A DNA stretch of 64,000 nt from the NCBI GenBank assembly GCA_016793725.1, contig JAEUJP010000398.1, positions 240 through 64,239 on the forward strand. The letters are read 5' to 3'. Made by a program: the position numbers and the translations under genes. The DNA comes from Myxococcaceae bacterium. Lineage in GTDB: Bacteria; Myxococcota; Myxococcia; Myxococcales; Myxococcaceae. Under the pieces are notes generated by a model. It saw only the letters and a list, made by a program, of their open reading frames with translations. It did not search any database and was not told the DNA's origin. Positions 1-8,111 of the stretch are shown one piece after another (the first letter of the stretch is position 1; each line of letters begins with the position of its first letter).

Positions 1-285
1 CGGTTCGAGCGTCACGGTGACGGTGCCGGCATCGTTGGCGTTCACGGTGAGTCGAATGCCGGCGTCGCGCGGCGCCGAGCCGGGCTGCACGAAGAGTCGC
101 GCGCGGCCGTCGGGCGAGAGGTAGACGTCGCCGCCGTCGGGCACCTCGGCCTCGCTGCCTCCCGCGGCGCCACCGCTGCCGCCCGCAGTGGCAGAGCCTC
201 CGGCGGTGCCGGCGTCGGCGGCGGGGGTGCTGCTGCACGCGCAGAACAGCAGCGCGACGACGACGGCGACGGGAAGAAGGGCCAT
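1..285 (-). CDS. Lipoprotein, N-terminal part only (gene runs off the left edge)
   Basis: Reverse complement of 285..1 reads MALLPVAVVVALLFCACSSTPAADAGTAGGSATAGGSGGAAGGS.... It has a lipobox (LFCAC), is open to base 1, and has G/C-rich third positions. It is absent from the ORF track because no stop lies in the window. Confidence 0.5.
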   Translation of the reverse strand, partial: MALLPVAVVVALLFCACSSTPAADAGTAGGSATAGGSGGAAGGSEAEVPDGGDVYLSPDGRARLFVQPGSAPRDAGIRLTVNANDAGTVTVTLEP

Positions 286-330
286 AGACCCAACGGTACG
301 GGAGCTGCCCGCACGCGGGTCGGGGCATAT

Positions 331-1212
331 TCAGGGCATCAGGCCACGAACGCGGGGAGCGCGTGGATCAGCCGGGAACTTCTCGACGAAGCGCCGCGCC
401 TCTGCGGCCGCCGCGTCAGCGTCGCGCAGCGCGAGGTGTGACAGCATGACGCCGATGCTCGCCTCGGGCGCGAGCACGCCGTCGGGAAAGCGCCGCTGAT
501 GTTCGAGGAACTTGTCGAGCGCCGCGCGCACCTGGCCGTGCTCGTGAGCGGTGAGCGCGAGCTCGTAGAGCGCCGTCTCGGCCTCGAGCCCATCGCCCTC
601 GGCGAGCGCGACGAGGCACGACTCGGCGCCGGCGCCACACGACGTGCTCGGCGCCTCGGGCAGCTCGAGCGTGACCCGAGCGAGCGCTGGAGCAGGAGGA
701 GGGGGCAGCTCGACGCCGCCGCGCAGCATCTGCGCGTTGGGCACACCCTCGCCGAACTCGACGTGAAAGCCTGCGCCGCGCTCGGTCACGTCGAACGCGA
801 CGCGCGAGTGGGTGAGCACCATCTCGTACTGCCCGGCGCGCACGCGAATCGGCCGGCGCGCTTCGACCACGACATGGCCCGCCGTGATGGTGAGCACGCG
901 ACCGTCGAGCACGTACTGCGCGCCCGGCGAGGCTTCGATTTCGGGCACCGCCGTGACCTCGTACAGCTGCACGGCGGCGACGGCGCCGATGAGGCACGCG
1001 GTGACGAACGCGAGGCCCTGCACGAAGAGCGGCACCTTCTTCGGGTGCGCCTTCTCGACGGCGCGGCGGAACAGGGCCTCGTGCTTCGCGCGCGAGAGCA
1101 CGGCGGGCTCGTCGGCCTGCAGGAGCTCGAGGGCGCCGTGCACGACCTCGGGGGTAGAGGCGAGCTGCAGCAGCGGCCGCACCTCGTCGTCGAGCGTGTC
1201 GGTGTCGCTCAT
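331..1212 (-). CDS. Membrane anti-sigma factor (FecR-like layout)
   Basis: Start MSDTDTL lies inside ORF 331..1275 and overlaps the sigma-factor stop by 4 nt (ATGA). One TM segment (VPLFVQGLAFVTACLIGAVAAV). Sits immediately downstream of the ECF sigma gene. Confidence 0.6.
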   Translation of the reverse strand: MSDTDTLDDEVRPLLQLASTPEVVHGALELLQADEPAVLSRAKHEALFRRAVEKAHPKKVPLFVQGLAFVTACLIGAVAAVQLYEVTAVPEIEASPGAQYVLDGRVLTITAGHVVVEARRPIRVRAGQYEMVLTHSRVAFDVTERGAGFHVEFGEGVPNAQMLRGGVELPPPPAPALARVTLELPEAPSTSCGAGAESCLVALAEGDGLEAETALYELALTAHEHGQVRAALDKFLEHQRRFPDGVLAPEASIGVMLSHLALRDADAAAAEARRFVEKFPADPRAPRVRGLMP

Positions 1213-1787
1213 TCCCGGCCCTCCTGTTTGAGACGGTGCTCGAAGTCTTTGCGCGCGTGGTGAAGCCGCGTCCACACGGTCTTGATGGGGATGTCGAGCG
1301 CCTCTGAGATTTCGGGGCCGGTGAGGCCTTCGAGCTCGAAGAGCACGAGCGCCTCGCGGCGTTTGCCCGAGAGGGCGTCGAGCGCCTTGTGCACCTTCGC
1401 GCGCGCCTCGATGCGGGTGACGGCGGCGAACGGGCCGGCGGCGTCGTCGGCGGCGACCTCGCCCGCGCTCTCGAGGCCGAGAAAGGAGCGGAAGCGGCGG
1501 CGGGTGCGGGCGCCGGCGGCGACACGAACGGCGACGCCGTAGAGCCAGGCTTTGGGGCTGACGGCGGCGAGCACCTGCTCAGGCCGCTTCAGCGCGACGA
1601 CGAACACCTCTTGCAGCAGGTCATCGGCGTCGCAGCCCGGCCCGGCGAGGCGAGCCAGGGCGCGCCGCAGCGGCTGGGCCATCTCGTCGTAGAGCGACTT
1701 CAGCTCGGTGAGGCTCGACGCCGCCGCGGTCGCGGCAGGTGAGAAGGCCGGGCTGGTCATCGCAGATTCCACAGGCTCGTAGCCCAT
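1209..1787 (-). CDS. ECF-type RNA polymerase sigma-70 factor
   Basis: Region 2 (DDLLQEVFVVAL) and region 4 HTH (REALVLFELEGLTGPEISEALDIPIKTVWTRLHHARKDF) motifs are present. Confidence 0.9.
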   Translation of the reverse strand: MGYEPVESAMTSPAFSPAATAAASSLTELKSLYDEMAQPLRRALARLAGPGCDADDLLQEVFVVALKRPEQVLAAVSPKAWLYGVAVRVAAGARTRRRFRSFLGLESAGEVAADDAAGPFAAVTRIEARAKVHKALDALSGKRREALVLFELEGLTGPEISEALDIPIKTVWTRLHHARKDFEHRLKQEGRE

Positions 1788-1802
1788 GTATGCGGTGCCG
1801 GC

Positions 1803-2921
1803 TCAAAGCTTCAATCCCACTCCGGCCTGGGCGAAGAACGACCAGGGGTGCAGGTAGACGTCGGCGTTGGCCCCCGGAATCGCGAGGCTTTCTCCGCGGA
1901 AGCGGAGCTGCCCGCCGATGCGCGCGAGCAGGAACAGCGTGTCGAGCACCGGCTGCCGCCAGTCGAGGGCCGCGTAGGCGGCGCCGCCGAACAGCAGCGT
2001 GGTGTCGGGCGTCGTCACGTTGCGGGCGATGGCGTTGTAGAGGAACAGGCGCGCCCCGAGCGTGGCGTAGAGGTTCCAGATGAGCTGGCGGCGGGCGGCG
2101 AGCCCGACCCAGTAGCTCTGCACCTCGAGGGTGGCGGCGCCGTCGCTGGCCGTGCGGTTCGAGTCGAGGCCGAGGTCGAGCGTTGCGCCCCACGCGCCCG
2201 AGAAGCCCCAGTCGGCGAAGGCGGTGAGCTGTGCGACCGGGCGCACGAGGTCGAGCGAGGCGCCGCCCGCGACCGCGATGCTGAGCGACATGGAGCGCGG
2301 GGGCCCAGGCGTGCCGGCGTCGATGACACCAGCGTCGACGACACCGGCGTCGATGACACCAGCGTCGATGACACCGGCGTCGATGACACCGGCGTCGATA
2401 TCGCCTGCATCGATCGACACTGGAGCCCCCTCTCCCCTCGTCGGGAAGAGGGTCGGGGTGAGGGGAAGAGGCTGTGGGGTGATGGGCCTCGCAGCTTCAG
2501 GTACCCGAGGCGTCTCGGGCTCAACAGGTCTCGGTTCGAAGCGCTTCTTCTCTTCTGGCTCGCTCAGCTGGCCCCTCACCCCAGCCCTCTCGCCTGCAGG
2601 AGGAGAGGGGGTCGCTGGTGGCGTCGTCTTCAGCCAGGTTCTCGCCAGCAGCGCGACGGTCTTGGGCACGACGGCGCAGTCTTTCGCCGACGGCTTGAGC
2701 GACCTCCACCCGAGCTCGATGCCGGCGCGGTCGACGAGGCGCACGACGACGTCGTCTTTCACGCGCACGACGATGAGGCGGTGCTCGGCGCGGTCGTCGA
2801 CCTCGAGCTTCTGCTCCGCGAGGGCGGCGGCGAGCCGCGTGCCCAGCTCACATGGCAGGTCGCCACCGGCCTCCACCCGGAGCGAGGTCGCGGCCAACAC
2901 CATGGTGAGCACCAGGCTCAA
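1803..2921 (-). CDS. Hypothetical secreted/outer-membrane-like protein with (DAGVI)n repeat
   Basis: 372-aa ORF with an N-terminal hydrophobic segment, a central low-complexity linker containing REP-like DNA, and a C-terminal region with alternating aromatic/hydrophobic beta-barrel-like pattern ending ...AQAGVGLKL. Stop lies 15 nt upstream of the sigma gene. Confidence 0.55.
   Translation of the reverse strand: MSLVLTMVLAATSLRVEAGGDLPCELGTRLAAALAEQKLEVDDRAEHRLIVVRVKDDVVVRLVDRAGIELGWRSLKPSAKDCAVVPKTVALLARTWLKTTPPATPSPPAGERAGVRGQLSEPEEKKRFEPRPVEPETPRVPEAARPITPQPLPLTPTLFPTRGEGAPVSIDAGDIDAGVIDAGVIDAGVIDAGVVDAGVIDAGTPGPPRSMSLSIAVAGGASLDLVRPVAQLTAFADWGFSGAWGATLDLGLDSNRTASDGAATLEVQSYWVGLAARRQLIWNLYATLGARLFLYNAIARNVTTPDTTLLFGGAAYAALDWRQPVLDTLFLLARIGGQLRFRGESLAIPGANADVYLHPWSFFAQAGVGLKL
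2313..2418. repeat. 15-nt coding tandem repeat, about 6 units
   Basis: ggcgtcgatgacacc units, read on the minus strand as IDAGVIDAGVIDAGVIDAGVVDAGVIDAG. Confidence 0.85.
2426..2611. repeat. Pair of inverted REP-like palindromic elements (2426-2470 and 2572-2611)
   Basis: ccctctcccctcgtcgggaagagggtcggggtgagggg versus the reverse complement of cccctcaccccagccctctcgcctgcaggaggagaggg. The two are near-identical in opposite orientation, and each is itself an imperfect palindrome. Confidence 0.7.
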
Positions 2922-2988
2922 GGCCGCGCGCGTCTATCACGTGAGCGCTGATAGAAGCTTCTCGCGCAGTCGCGACACATCGCTCCCA

Positions 2989-4353
2989 ATGCACACTTCA
3001 CGACTCGCGGTGCCGTGCCTCGTGGCCTTCAGCGCCTGCTTCACGCCGCCGCAAGAGACCGAGCTCGGCGGCAACACGGGTGGCGGCAGCGCGACGGCGG
3101 GCGGCGGCAACATCGCGACCGCGGGCGGCGGCAACATCGCGACGGCGGGTGGCGGCAACATCGCGACCGCGGGCGGCGGCAACATCGCGACCGCGGGCGG
3201 GGGTGCGACGGCAGGGGGTAACACCGCAGGGGGTGGCAACGTCGTCGTGAACCCCGACGGCGGCGCGTTGATCGACACGCTCGGCATGCTGCCGATGGCC
3301 GACTGCTTCAACCCGATTCTGCCGCGCGAGTGCCACGACGCGGGAACCTGCATCACCTTCCACCAGCAGGGCCAACAGCCACAGGTCGTCTTCCAGATGA
3401 ACGAGCTGCCTGCGGGCCAGTCGTTCAACTACACGCTCGGCGTCACCGAGCGCGGCCTCTTGTTCGTGTCGTCGTCGGCTGGGCAGGGCGGTCGGCTGCA
3501 CCTCGTCGCGCACGGGCAGCCCCGGGTCGAAGTGCAGACGACCGCGGCGAACCAGCAGCTTCACGCCTACGGCCTGCACGACTCACCGGGCTACGGCTTC
3601 TGGTACCGCGCCGACATCTCGCATGGCTTGACCTCGGTCTCGCAGAGCCTGATGTTGTCGACGAGCGACAGCGCCGTCTTCACCAACGCGTTCACCGCCG
3701 GCTTCACGGCGAGGCCGTTCTCGCGGGGCACCAACTACTACGCGGCTGTCGACGACGGGGTGTACAGCTACTACCCGGCCGGCGGTGGCCGCGTCGCGAC
3801 GAAGCAGGCGCCCCTGTCGACGCCCGAAGACATCGTCGGGATCGCCGGCGACGACGAGGGCGTCGTCTTCGTGCAGTGCCCGCAGAACCGGCAGGGCGCG
3901 TGCCGACTGTTCGATGCTCGGCGCTTCGCCCCGGCCGTCGTGCCGTTCGCGTCGTTCACGGGTCTGCAGGGTGGCGGCGGCGGCGGCGCCGTCTCGATCG
4001 CCATCGCGGGCGGCCACATCTACGTGCTCGGCGCGACGCGCCTCTATCGCGTGCCGCGCACGGGCGGCGCCGTCGAGGTCGTCTACCGCGGCGAAGTGTT
4101 CCCCGCGTACGGCGGCACGCTCGCCTCCGACAGCTTGAAGGCCATCGGCAACAAGCTCTACCTGGGCAGCATCTGCGAGTACGACGCCGACGCGCCGGGC
4201 TACGGCACCGTCGAGCTCGACCTCGCGACGCTTCAGGCGCGCTGGCTGAACCTCGACCCGGCGTACCCATACGTGCCGTACATCGCGCCGTACCGCGGCG
4301 CCGAAGGCCAGCACCTGTGGCGCGCAGTCGACGGCGTCTACGTGGTGCGCTGA
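2989..4353 (+). CDS. Lipoprotein with (GGGNIATA)4 glycine-rich linker
   Basis: Internal start MHTSRLAVPCLVAFSACF (lipobox) lies in frame with ORF 2131..4353. The upstream part of that ORF is a shadow of the minus-strand gene. Confidence 0.7.
   Translation: MHTSRLAVPCLVAFSACFTPPQETELGGNTGGGSATAGGGNIATAGGGNIATAGGGNIATAGGGNIATAGGGATAGGNTAGGGNVVVNPDGGALIDTLGMLPMADCFNPILPRECHDAGTCITFHQQGQQPQVVFQMNELPAGQSFNYTLGVTERGLLFVSSSAGQGGRLHLVAHGQPRVEVQTTAANQQLHAYGLHDSPGYGFWYRADISHGLTSVSQSLMLSTSDSAVFTNAFTAGFTARPFSRGTNYYAAVDDGVYSYYPAGGGRVATKQAPLSTPEDIVGIAGDDEGVVFVQCPQNRQGACRLFDARRFAPAVVPFASFTGLQGGGGGGAVSIAIAGGHIYVLGATRLYRVPRTGGAVEVVYRGEVFPAYGGTLASDSLKAIGNKLYLGSICEYDADAPGYGTVELDLATLQARWLNLDPAYPYVPYIAPYRGAEGQHLWRAVDGVYVVR
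3097..3200. repeat. 24-nt coding tandem repeat x4
   Basis: ggcggcggcaacatcgcgaccgcg repeated four times with single-base variants. Confidence 0.85.
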
Positions 4354-5507
4354 GGCAGGTAGAAGCTGTCGACGTACGGGCGCTCGCCGGTCTTCGGGAG
4401 CCTGAACGGCTCGCGGGCGAACGAGCCGTCGACGAACGCCTTTTCGTTCACCCACGCGGTTCGGCCACCGTCGGGGTCTGACACGAGCAGGTCGCGCGCT
4501 GGAGCCTGGCCGCGCACGGCCGAGATCAACATCCAGTGGGCGGGCTCGCACAGCCCGAACGGCACGTCGAACCCGGCCTTCAGCGCCCGCTCGACGGCAT
4601 CGAGGTGCCTCCACGCCTGCCCGCGCGCGAAGCCGTCGGCCGGCGCCGTCTGCGCGTACCGCGCGCCGGTGAGCGGGCTCACGTAGCGGTCGAGCATCTT
4701 CTGAAACTGCTCGAACCCGAGCCCCTCGTCGCGCTTGGGGATGACGGCGGCCCTCACGCGCTTCACGTCGTCGTCGGAGGGGAAGCCCTGGTACGCGGCG
4801 CGCACCGCGGCGAGGTTCGCGGCCGACAGCGAGCGGTCGGGCCGGCCCAGGCGTGCCAGCGCGTTGTTGAGCCGCGCCATGACCCACGACTCGCGGCGGC
4901 CGACGGCGACGCCGCCGAACTCTTCGAGCAGCTCGCGCTGGAAACGGGCCGTCACGCCGGTGACGGCGTCGCGGCCGAGCCCCTCTTTCGTGATGGCGAA
5001 CGCGAGCACGGGGTCGGCCTGAGCGCGCATCATCTGAATGACGGTCGGGCCGCACGTCGCGGTGAAGCGCTGGAGCAGGCCGTCGTTGTCGGTCGCCGCA
5101 CCGTCGCCGGGCCGCACGCGAACGGTGCCGCGCTTCTGCCACATGGGTGAGAGGTCGACGTTCGACGTGCTCTTGCGAGAGTCGAGGTCGAGCACCGAGG
5201 CGCGCACGAGCAGCTGCGTCGAAAGCGTGCTCTTCAGCACTGCGGCGAAGCGCTCGAGCACCAGCAGCGCACGGGCGTCGGAGCCGAGGCGCCGCGCGCG
5301 CGCAGACGCGGCCTTCATCATCAGCGCCTGCGCGGCGCCTGCCGGCACCGACTTCACGAGCTGGTGAAGCTGCTGCTGCTTCGGCTTCGGTAGCTTGGTG
5401 AGCAGCGCGCTGAAGCGCTCGCGCTCGGAGCGCACGAGCAGCGCCTCGCGGCCTTCGGGGCCGGGCCCGCGGCGAACGCGCGCGGCGGTGCCGAGGGCTA
5501 CTGGCAC
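4338..5507 (-). CDS. Hypothetical protein with papain-fold-like Cys/His/Asp motifs, no signal peptide
   Basis: Motifs FTATCGPTVIQMM (Cys152), CEPAHWMLISAV (His324) and LLVSDPDGG (Asp344). Same motif order as CDS 47168..48475. Start overlaps the stop of the upstream LamG lipoprotein gene by 10 nt. Confidence 0.65.
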   Translation of the reverse strand: MPVALGTAARVRRGPGPEGREALLVRSERERFSALLTKLPKPKQQQLHQLVKSVPAGAAQALMMKAASARARRLGSDARALLVLERFAAVLKSTLSTQLLVRASVLDLDSRKSTSNVDLSPMWQKRGTVRVRPGDGAATDNDGLLQRFTATCGPTVIQMMRAQADPVLAFAITKEGLGRDAVTGVTARFQRELLEEFGGVAVGRRESWVMARLNNALARLGRPDRSLSAANLAAVRAAYQGFPSDDDVKRVRAAVIPKRDEGLGFEQFQKMLDRYVSPLTGARYAQTAPADGFARGQAWRHLDAVERALKAGFDVPFGLCEPAHWMLISAVRGQAPARDLLVSDPDGGRTAWVNEKAFVDGSFAREPFRLPKTGERPYVDSFYLPQRTT

Positions 5508-6928
5508 TGCATGCCGTTCCAGTTGCGCTCGGCGGCGACGCAGATTTCTGCGGCGCTCTTCGCGCGGCCGTAGATGCGCACGTGGCGAATGCGGCCCCGA
5601 TAGCGGAAGTCAGTCTGCGTGCTCGTGGTGCTGTTGCCGATCACCAGGTTTTCGGTGCTCGGGTTGATGTCGCCGTTGAAGATGGCGCCGGTGCCCTGCG
5701 AGATGCCGTTGATCCAGATCTGGGGCCGCCCGCCGGTCACCCACGTGCCCGCCACGTGCTGCCAGCTGCCGGTCGCGACCGAGCCTCCGCACACGCCGCT
5801 GCTGCCGTCGATCTGGAAGCACAGCTGCCCGCCCGAGCCCCCCAAGACGAGGCCGTATTCCGCGTTGAAGTCCTTGTCGATGATGCGGTCGCCCGACGCG
5901 TCAGTACCGACGGTGGTCGGGTTGATCCACGCCTCGAGCGTGATGGCGTCGGACGAGCTCAGGCTCCCGCTGTTGGTCGACACCACCGCCTGATACGAGG
6001 TGGCCGAAAAACTCACCGCCGTCACCCCACCCGTGCTCGACCACGTCGCCCCCGACAGCATGCCGTGGTTGCCGTTGCCCGAGTAGTCGTTCGCGTTGCC
6101 CGCGCCCTCAGACATCGGCCAGCAGCCAATCGTGCCCGCGCAGAACACTGCGTTGCCGCCGCCTGCCGTTGCGCCGCCGCCCGCAGTCGCACCGCCGCCC
6201 GCAGTCGCGCCGCCCCCCGCAGGCGCGCCGCCACCCGCAGTCGCGCCGCCACCCGCAGGCGCGCCGCCGCCCGCAGTCGCGCCGCCGCCCGCAGTCGCGC
6301 CGCCACCCGCAGTCGCACCGCCACCCGCGGTCGGCATCCCTCCGCCCGCGGTGTTCATCATCCCACCCCCCGCGGTCGCCATCCCTCCGCCTGCGGTCGG
6401 CATGCCTCCGCCTGCGGTGTTCATCATTCCGCCGCCGGCGGTCGCTCCACCGCCAGCCTCACCACCGCCAGCCTCACCACCGCCAGCCTCACCGCCGCCA
6501 GCCTCACCGCCGCCCCCGGCACCGCCGGCCATGCCGCCATCGGTCGCGGCCTCGCGCAGCACGAGGGTGAGCGCGGCGACACCGCTCGCGGGGAAGGTCG
6601 CATCGTACGACTCGGCTTTCACCGCAGCGACGCCGCACGCGCCCGCGTACAGCGACGCGATGAACGTGACCTCGGAAGACCAGGTGGCGCCCTGCACGAC
6701 GGCGATGGTCACCTCGCCGCTGCGCGGCCTGCCGGTGAGCGGCACGTCTTCGCTCTTCGCGTCGCCGCTCTTCGGCAGCGCCTCGAGACGCACGCAGCCG
6801 GAGCCGTCGCCGGGCGAGACGAGCGTGTACTGCACCGTGACCTCGATGCCGGTGGGGCCGGTTCTGCCGGTGCAGGCCACGAAGGAGGCGACGAGAATCA
6901 GGCGAAGATGCCTGTGCACAGGGGGCAC
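5498..6928 (-). CDS. Lipoprotein with C-terminal LamG/concanavalin-A-like domain
   Basis: Lipobox LVASFVAC, then a long (A/T)AGGG linker. The C-terminus reads ...[18 protein letters not shown]...[10 protein letters not shown]...WQHVAGTW...IWINGI...GRIRHVRIY, typical of LamG-type lectin folds. Confidence 0.8.
   Translation of the reverse strand: MPPVHRHLRLILVASFVACTGRTGPTGIEVTVQYTLVSPGDGSGCVRLEALPKSGDAKSEDVPLTGRPRSGEVTIAVVQGATWSSEVTFIASLYAGACGVAAVKAESYDATFPASGVAALTLVLREAATDGGMAGGAGGGGEAGGGEAGGGEAGGGEAGGGATAGGGMMNTAGGGMPTAGGGMATAGGGMMNTAGGGMPTAGGGATAGGGATAGGGATAGGGAPAGGGATAGGGAPAGGGATAGGGATAGGGATAGGGNAVFCAGTIGCWPMSEGAGNANDYSGNGNHGMLSGATWSSTGGVTAVSFSATSYQAVVSTNSGSLSSSDAITLEAWINPTTVGTDASGDRIIDKDFNAEYGLVLGGSGGQLCFQIDGSSGVCGGSVATGSWQHVAGTWVTGGRPQIWINGISQGTGAIFNGDINPSTENLVIGNSTTSTQTDFRYRGRIRHVRIYGRAKSAAEICVAAERNWNGMQCQ
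6155..6535. repeat. Coding tandem repeats (21-nt, about 33-nt and 15-nt units) for a Gly-rich linker
   Basis: Minus-strand translation is [21 protein letters not shown]...[22 protein letters not shown]...[24 protein letters not shown].... Confidence 0.85.
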
Positions 6929-6951
6929 AGCATACGTTAAACACCCCTGCA

Positions 6952-7953
6952 GTGACTCAAGGCAGCGAAGACCTCAAGGCCGTCGAAGCACTGGCGAAGG
7001 CCCGCTCCGACGTTCTCGGGCAGATTGAGCGCCGCGTCGTCGGTCAGCGCGAGGTCGTCGAGCACCTGCTGGTCGCGCTGTTCTCTCGGGGCCACTGCCT
7101 GTTCATGGGCGTGCCCGGCCTCGCGAAGACGCTGCTCATCTCGACCCTCGCCGACGTGTTGAACCTGTCGTTCAACCGCATTCAGTTCACGCCCGACCTG
7201 ATGCCGTCAGACATCACGGGCACCGACATTCTCGAAGAAGACAAGGCGACGGGTCACCGCGAGATGCGGTTTCTCAAGGGGCCGTTGTTCGCGAACATCG
7301 TGCTGGCCGACGAGGTCAACCGCACGCCGCCGAAGACGCAGGCGGCGCTGCTGCAGGCGATGCAAGAGTACCGGGTGACGGCGTCTGGCCGTACGTACCC
7401 GCTCGACCTGCCCTTCCTCGTCTTCGCGACGCAGAACCCCATCGAACAAGAAGGCACGTACCCGCTGCCCGAGGCGCAGCTCGACCGCTTCATGTTCCTG
7501 GTCGACGTGGGCTACCCGAGCGCGGCCGAAGAAGAGGCCATCGTGAAGATGACGACACAGGGCTCGCCCGCGTCGCTCAGCAAGGTGCTCTCGCCCGAGG
7601 CCATTCGCGACCTCCAAGAGCTGGTGCGCCGCGTGCCGGTGCCCGATCACGTCGTGAAGTACGCCGTCGAGCTCGCCCGCGCCACCCGCCCGAAAGAGCC
7701 GGGAGCCTTTGATTTCATTGCGAAAAACGTCAGCTGGGGCGCCGGCCCGCGCGCGTCGCAGTACCTGGTGATTGGCGCCAAGGCGAGGGCAATTCTTTCG
7801 GGGCGTTACGTCGCCAGCGTCGATGACGTGAGGGCGCTCGCGCGGCCGGTGTTGAGGCACCGGGTGCTGCCGAATTTCACCGCAGAATCCGAAGGTCTCA
7901 CGAGCGTGAAGCTCATCGATCGCCTGGTCGAGCAGGTACGACCTGTAGGCTGA
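6952..7953 (+). CDS. moxR: MoxR-family AAA+ ATPase
   Basis: Walker A GVPGLAKT, Walker B LADEVNR, and [10 protein letters not shown]...[12 protein letters not shown], all typical of MoxR/RavA-type ATPases. Confidence 0.95.
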   Translation: MTQGSEDLKAVEALAKARSDVLGQIERRVVGQREVVEHLLVALFSRGHCLFMGVPGLAKTLLISTLADVLNLSFNRIQFTPDLMPSDITGTDILEEDKATGHREMRFLKGPLFANIVLADEVNRTPPKTQAALLQAMQEYRVTASGRTYPLDLPFLVFATQNPIEQEGTYPLPEAQLDRFMFLVDVGYPSAAEEEAIVKMTTQGSPASLSKVLSPEAIRDLQELVRRVPVPDHVVKYAVELARATRPKEPGAFDFIAKNVSWGAGPRASQYLVIGAKARAILSGRYVASVDDVRALARPVLRHRVLPNFTAESEGLTSVKLIDRLVEQVRPVG

Positions 7954-8111
7954 GACTTCGCGAGCCACACCCCGATCGCGAAAGCGCCCTGATCACCGTG
8001 GTAGGTGCGAGTAGGCTCCGTCAGCGCAACGGGGGCTCGCAACCGGTGGGGTCTTCAGCTGAAAATCGATTCAATTCGTTTTCGCAATAACTCCAAGGGG
8101 ACTCAAACCAC

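Noticed and set aside
6155-6535. Tandem repeats (also 3097-3200, 49420-49580 and 52015-52150) as a possible CRISPR array.
   Set aside because: The units are contiguous with no unique spacers, have a period divisible by 3, and lie inside ORFs where they encode Gly-rich linkers.
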